Shown piece after piece: positions 62,321 through 64,000 of a stretch of DNA of 64,000 nucleotides. The position numbers and the translations under genes were made by a program. The DNA comes from an uncultured delta proteobacterium (GTDB taxonomy: Bacteria; Desulfobacterota; Binatia; UBA9968), in assembly GCA_963840855.1 (NCBI GenBank), contig CAWJBB010000062.1:1-64000 (forward strand). Direction: 5' to 3'. Position 1 is the first letter of the stretch. Each line of letters opens with the position of its first letter. The notes under the pieces were generated by a model. The model saw only the letters and a program-made list of their open reading frames with translations, had not been told where the DNA came from and did not search any database.

Positions 62321-62802
62321 GATCAACACTAGCAAACATAGCTGGGGTGATGACAGCGACATCATAATAGGCGGCGACGGCGCCGGACGGTATTTCAACT
62401 GTTCGAATGAAAGAAAACACATGCTACCTGGGGGCCAGGATTTCAAATCTTGCGAATCTTGGCGGAGGATGGACGAGCGCAATCAAATCTTTGTCCTGAC
62501 ATTCGGTTTTTGCTGCAACCAGAATAGTTGGCGACGTTTCTCGGCATAAATGCCGATTGACATCTTCAACACGCCATATTTCTTCGTAGACGATTGGAAC
62601 GCTTGAAACGTGTGAAACGTTCGGAACCGTTTTGGTTCGACGAACGTGCCCAGACTACCTCCAACTTACCAAAAGCGCCTCTACTCTCGTGCAATTGACG
62701 GATAAAAGGCCTGCTTGAGTGGGTAGTCTGGATCGAGCCGGAAGGAGATCGTCGTTTGTAGGGCTTCTACGGGGGCCGGTTTTTACAGGACCGGACCTTG
62801 AT

Positions 62803-62863
62803 TTGGCAATAGGGAGTAGGCAAGAGGCTAGCCGGGAGGCGTGAGGCAACAGGTGGGAGGGGA
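62803..62863. repeat. Heptamer array similar to the atpD-atpC repeat
   Basis: ggcaata gggagta ggcaaga ggctag ... gaggcgtgaggcaacaggtgggagg, versus gaggcacgaggcaacaggtgtgagg at about 50635. Confidence 0.6.
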
Positions 62864-63081
62864 GAAAGATGAAAGCGAAACCGGAACTGGAAAAAACAGC
62901 GACGGGCCAGCCCGACTGATGAGCAATAAAAACTCGCTTTATGCATCAAAGAGCCTCTCTTTGTGAGCTATAAACAAAGTGTTGAAAAATCACGAGCTGG
63001 AACGGCTGAAAGCCTCAAAAATTAGGACAACCAACGTTGAGGCATATAGTCTGGCTTTTTTAATCAAATAATGGCAGTTTG

Positions 63082-63110
63082 TGAGTTATATGGGAGTTTT
63101 TTATAACTCA
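63082..63110. promoter_or_regulatory. Inverted repeat enclosing the SD of the Fic gene (operator or translational hairpin)
   Basis: TGAGTTATA-TGGGAGTTTTT-TATAACTCA; the final A is the A of the ATG. Confidence 0.7.
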
Positions 63111-64000
63111 TGGACTCTGAAAACAGATGGAACTGGCAACAGGACGACTGGCCTCGGTTCCGTCTCGACAAGTCAGCTCTCGAAGAAATGGAGGCGAAGT
63201 TTCTGCTTCACGGCGGCCTTCTGCTGGGCGCGCTCCTACATATCCGCGACGACGACAAAAGCGCCCTGACCGTCGACCTGATCAGCAACGAGGCTCTCAA
63301 AACTTCCGAGATTGAAGGCGAGTATCTCAACCGCGAGAGTGTGCAATCGTCCATCCGGCGCAATTTCGGGCTCGATACCGACGCGCGCAGAATTCCGCCC
63401 GCCGAGCAGGGCATTGCCGATATGATGATGGATCTCTATCGCAGCTTCGCCGAGCCTCTCACCGACAAGACCATGTTCCGATGGCACGGCATGCTTACAG
63501 CCGGGAGGCGGGATTTGAAAAACATTGGAGCCTACAGAACGGATAGTGAGCCGATGCAAATTATCTCCGGCCCGATTGGCGATCCGAAGATTCATTTCGA
63601 AGCGCCGCCATCGGCCGCCATGGAAAAAGAAATGGAGGGCTTCGTCAACTGGTTCAATGATACGGCGCCGCACGGCAACATGGTCCTTCCGGCTCTTACA
63701 CGGGCAGGCATCGCCCATCTGTATTTTCTCACCATCCATCCTTTTGAAGACGGCAACGGACGCATTGCGCGCGCGCTGGCCGAAAAGGCTCTGTCCCAGG
63801 TTCTCGGCCAGCCGACGCTGATTGCGCTCTCGCAGACCATTCAGAAGAACAAGAAATCTTATTACGAGGCGCTCCACCACAGCAGCAGGGAGAACGAAAT
63901 CACGGCGTGGCTTGGGTATTTCGCCGACATTGTTTTGCAGGCGCAGGAGACGACGCAGCGCATGATCGACTTCCTGATCCAGAAAACGAAGCTCTACGAC
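63110..64000 (+). CDS. Fic-family protein with DUF4172-like N-terminus; runs off the window edge
   Basis: Not in the ORF track. MDSENRWNWQQDDWPRF..., TSEIEGE, in-frame HPFEDGNGRIAR at 63737. Confidence 0.93.
   Translation, partial: MDSENRWNWQQDDWPRFRLDKSALEEMEAKFLLHGGLLLGALLHIRDDDKSALTVDLISNEALKTSEIEGEYLNRESVQSSIRRNFGLDTDARRIPPAEQGIADMMMDLYRSFAEPLTDKTMFRWHGMLTAGRRDLKNIGAYRTDSEPMQIISGPIGDPKIHFEAPPSAAMEKEMEGFVNWFNDTAPHGNMVLPALTRAGIAHLYFLTIHPFEDGNGRIARALAEKALSQVLGQPTLIALSQTIQKNKKSYYEALHHSSRENEITAWLGYFADIVLQAQETTQRMIDFLIQKTKLYD

Noticed and set aside
62321-63060. Gene-free stretch as a CRISPR array or hidden gene
   Set aside because: No regularly spaced repeats and no convincing ORF; only degenerate short repeats.

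Overview
A 64-kb, mostly housekeeping chromosomal window from a deltaproteobacterial-type bacterium; Candidatus Binatia is plausible from gene content and repeat style, but that is inference only. It spans the probable replication origin (dnaA-dnaN, with DnaA boxes and DnaA-trios). In order it holds: a type IV pilus locus (pilB, pilC, regulator, pilA); frameshifted ppdK and recO; a long grpE-dnaK-dnaJ-lon-thiL-larB run; F0 and F1 ATP synthase genes split into two operons; an aromatic/aldehyde catabolic cluster; a fused trehalose synthase; an ExeA-like ATPase; an accessory right end (class III cyclase, MITE, amidase with metal transporter, Fic gene). The three best leads are: (1) a PilS-PilR chimera, i.e. 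a 6-TM PilS-like sensor plus PAS fused directly to a sigma54 AAA+/HTH activator with no kinase or receiver domain, upstream of a Geobacter-like pilin whose sigma54 promoter has an IHF site and a candidate enhancer; (2) a bicupin + EutA-like ATPase + 2 DMT module without eutBC, appended to the ATP synthase operon; (3) an archease homologue with its conserved residues replaced and no rtcB, sitting between a Zn-binding protein and a SAMHD1-like HD hydrolase. All calls come from reading motifs by eye; no database search was run. No rRNA, tRNA or CRISPR array was seen.
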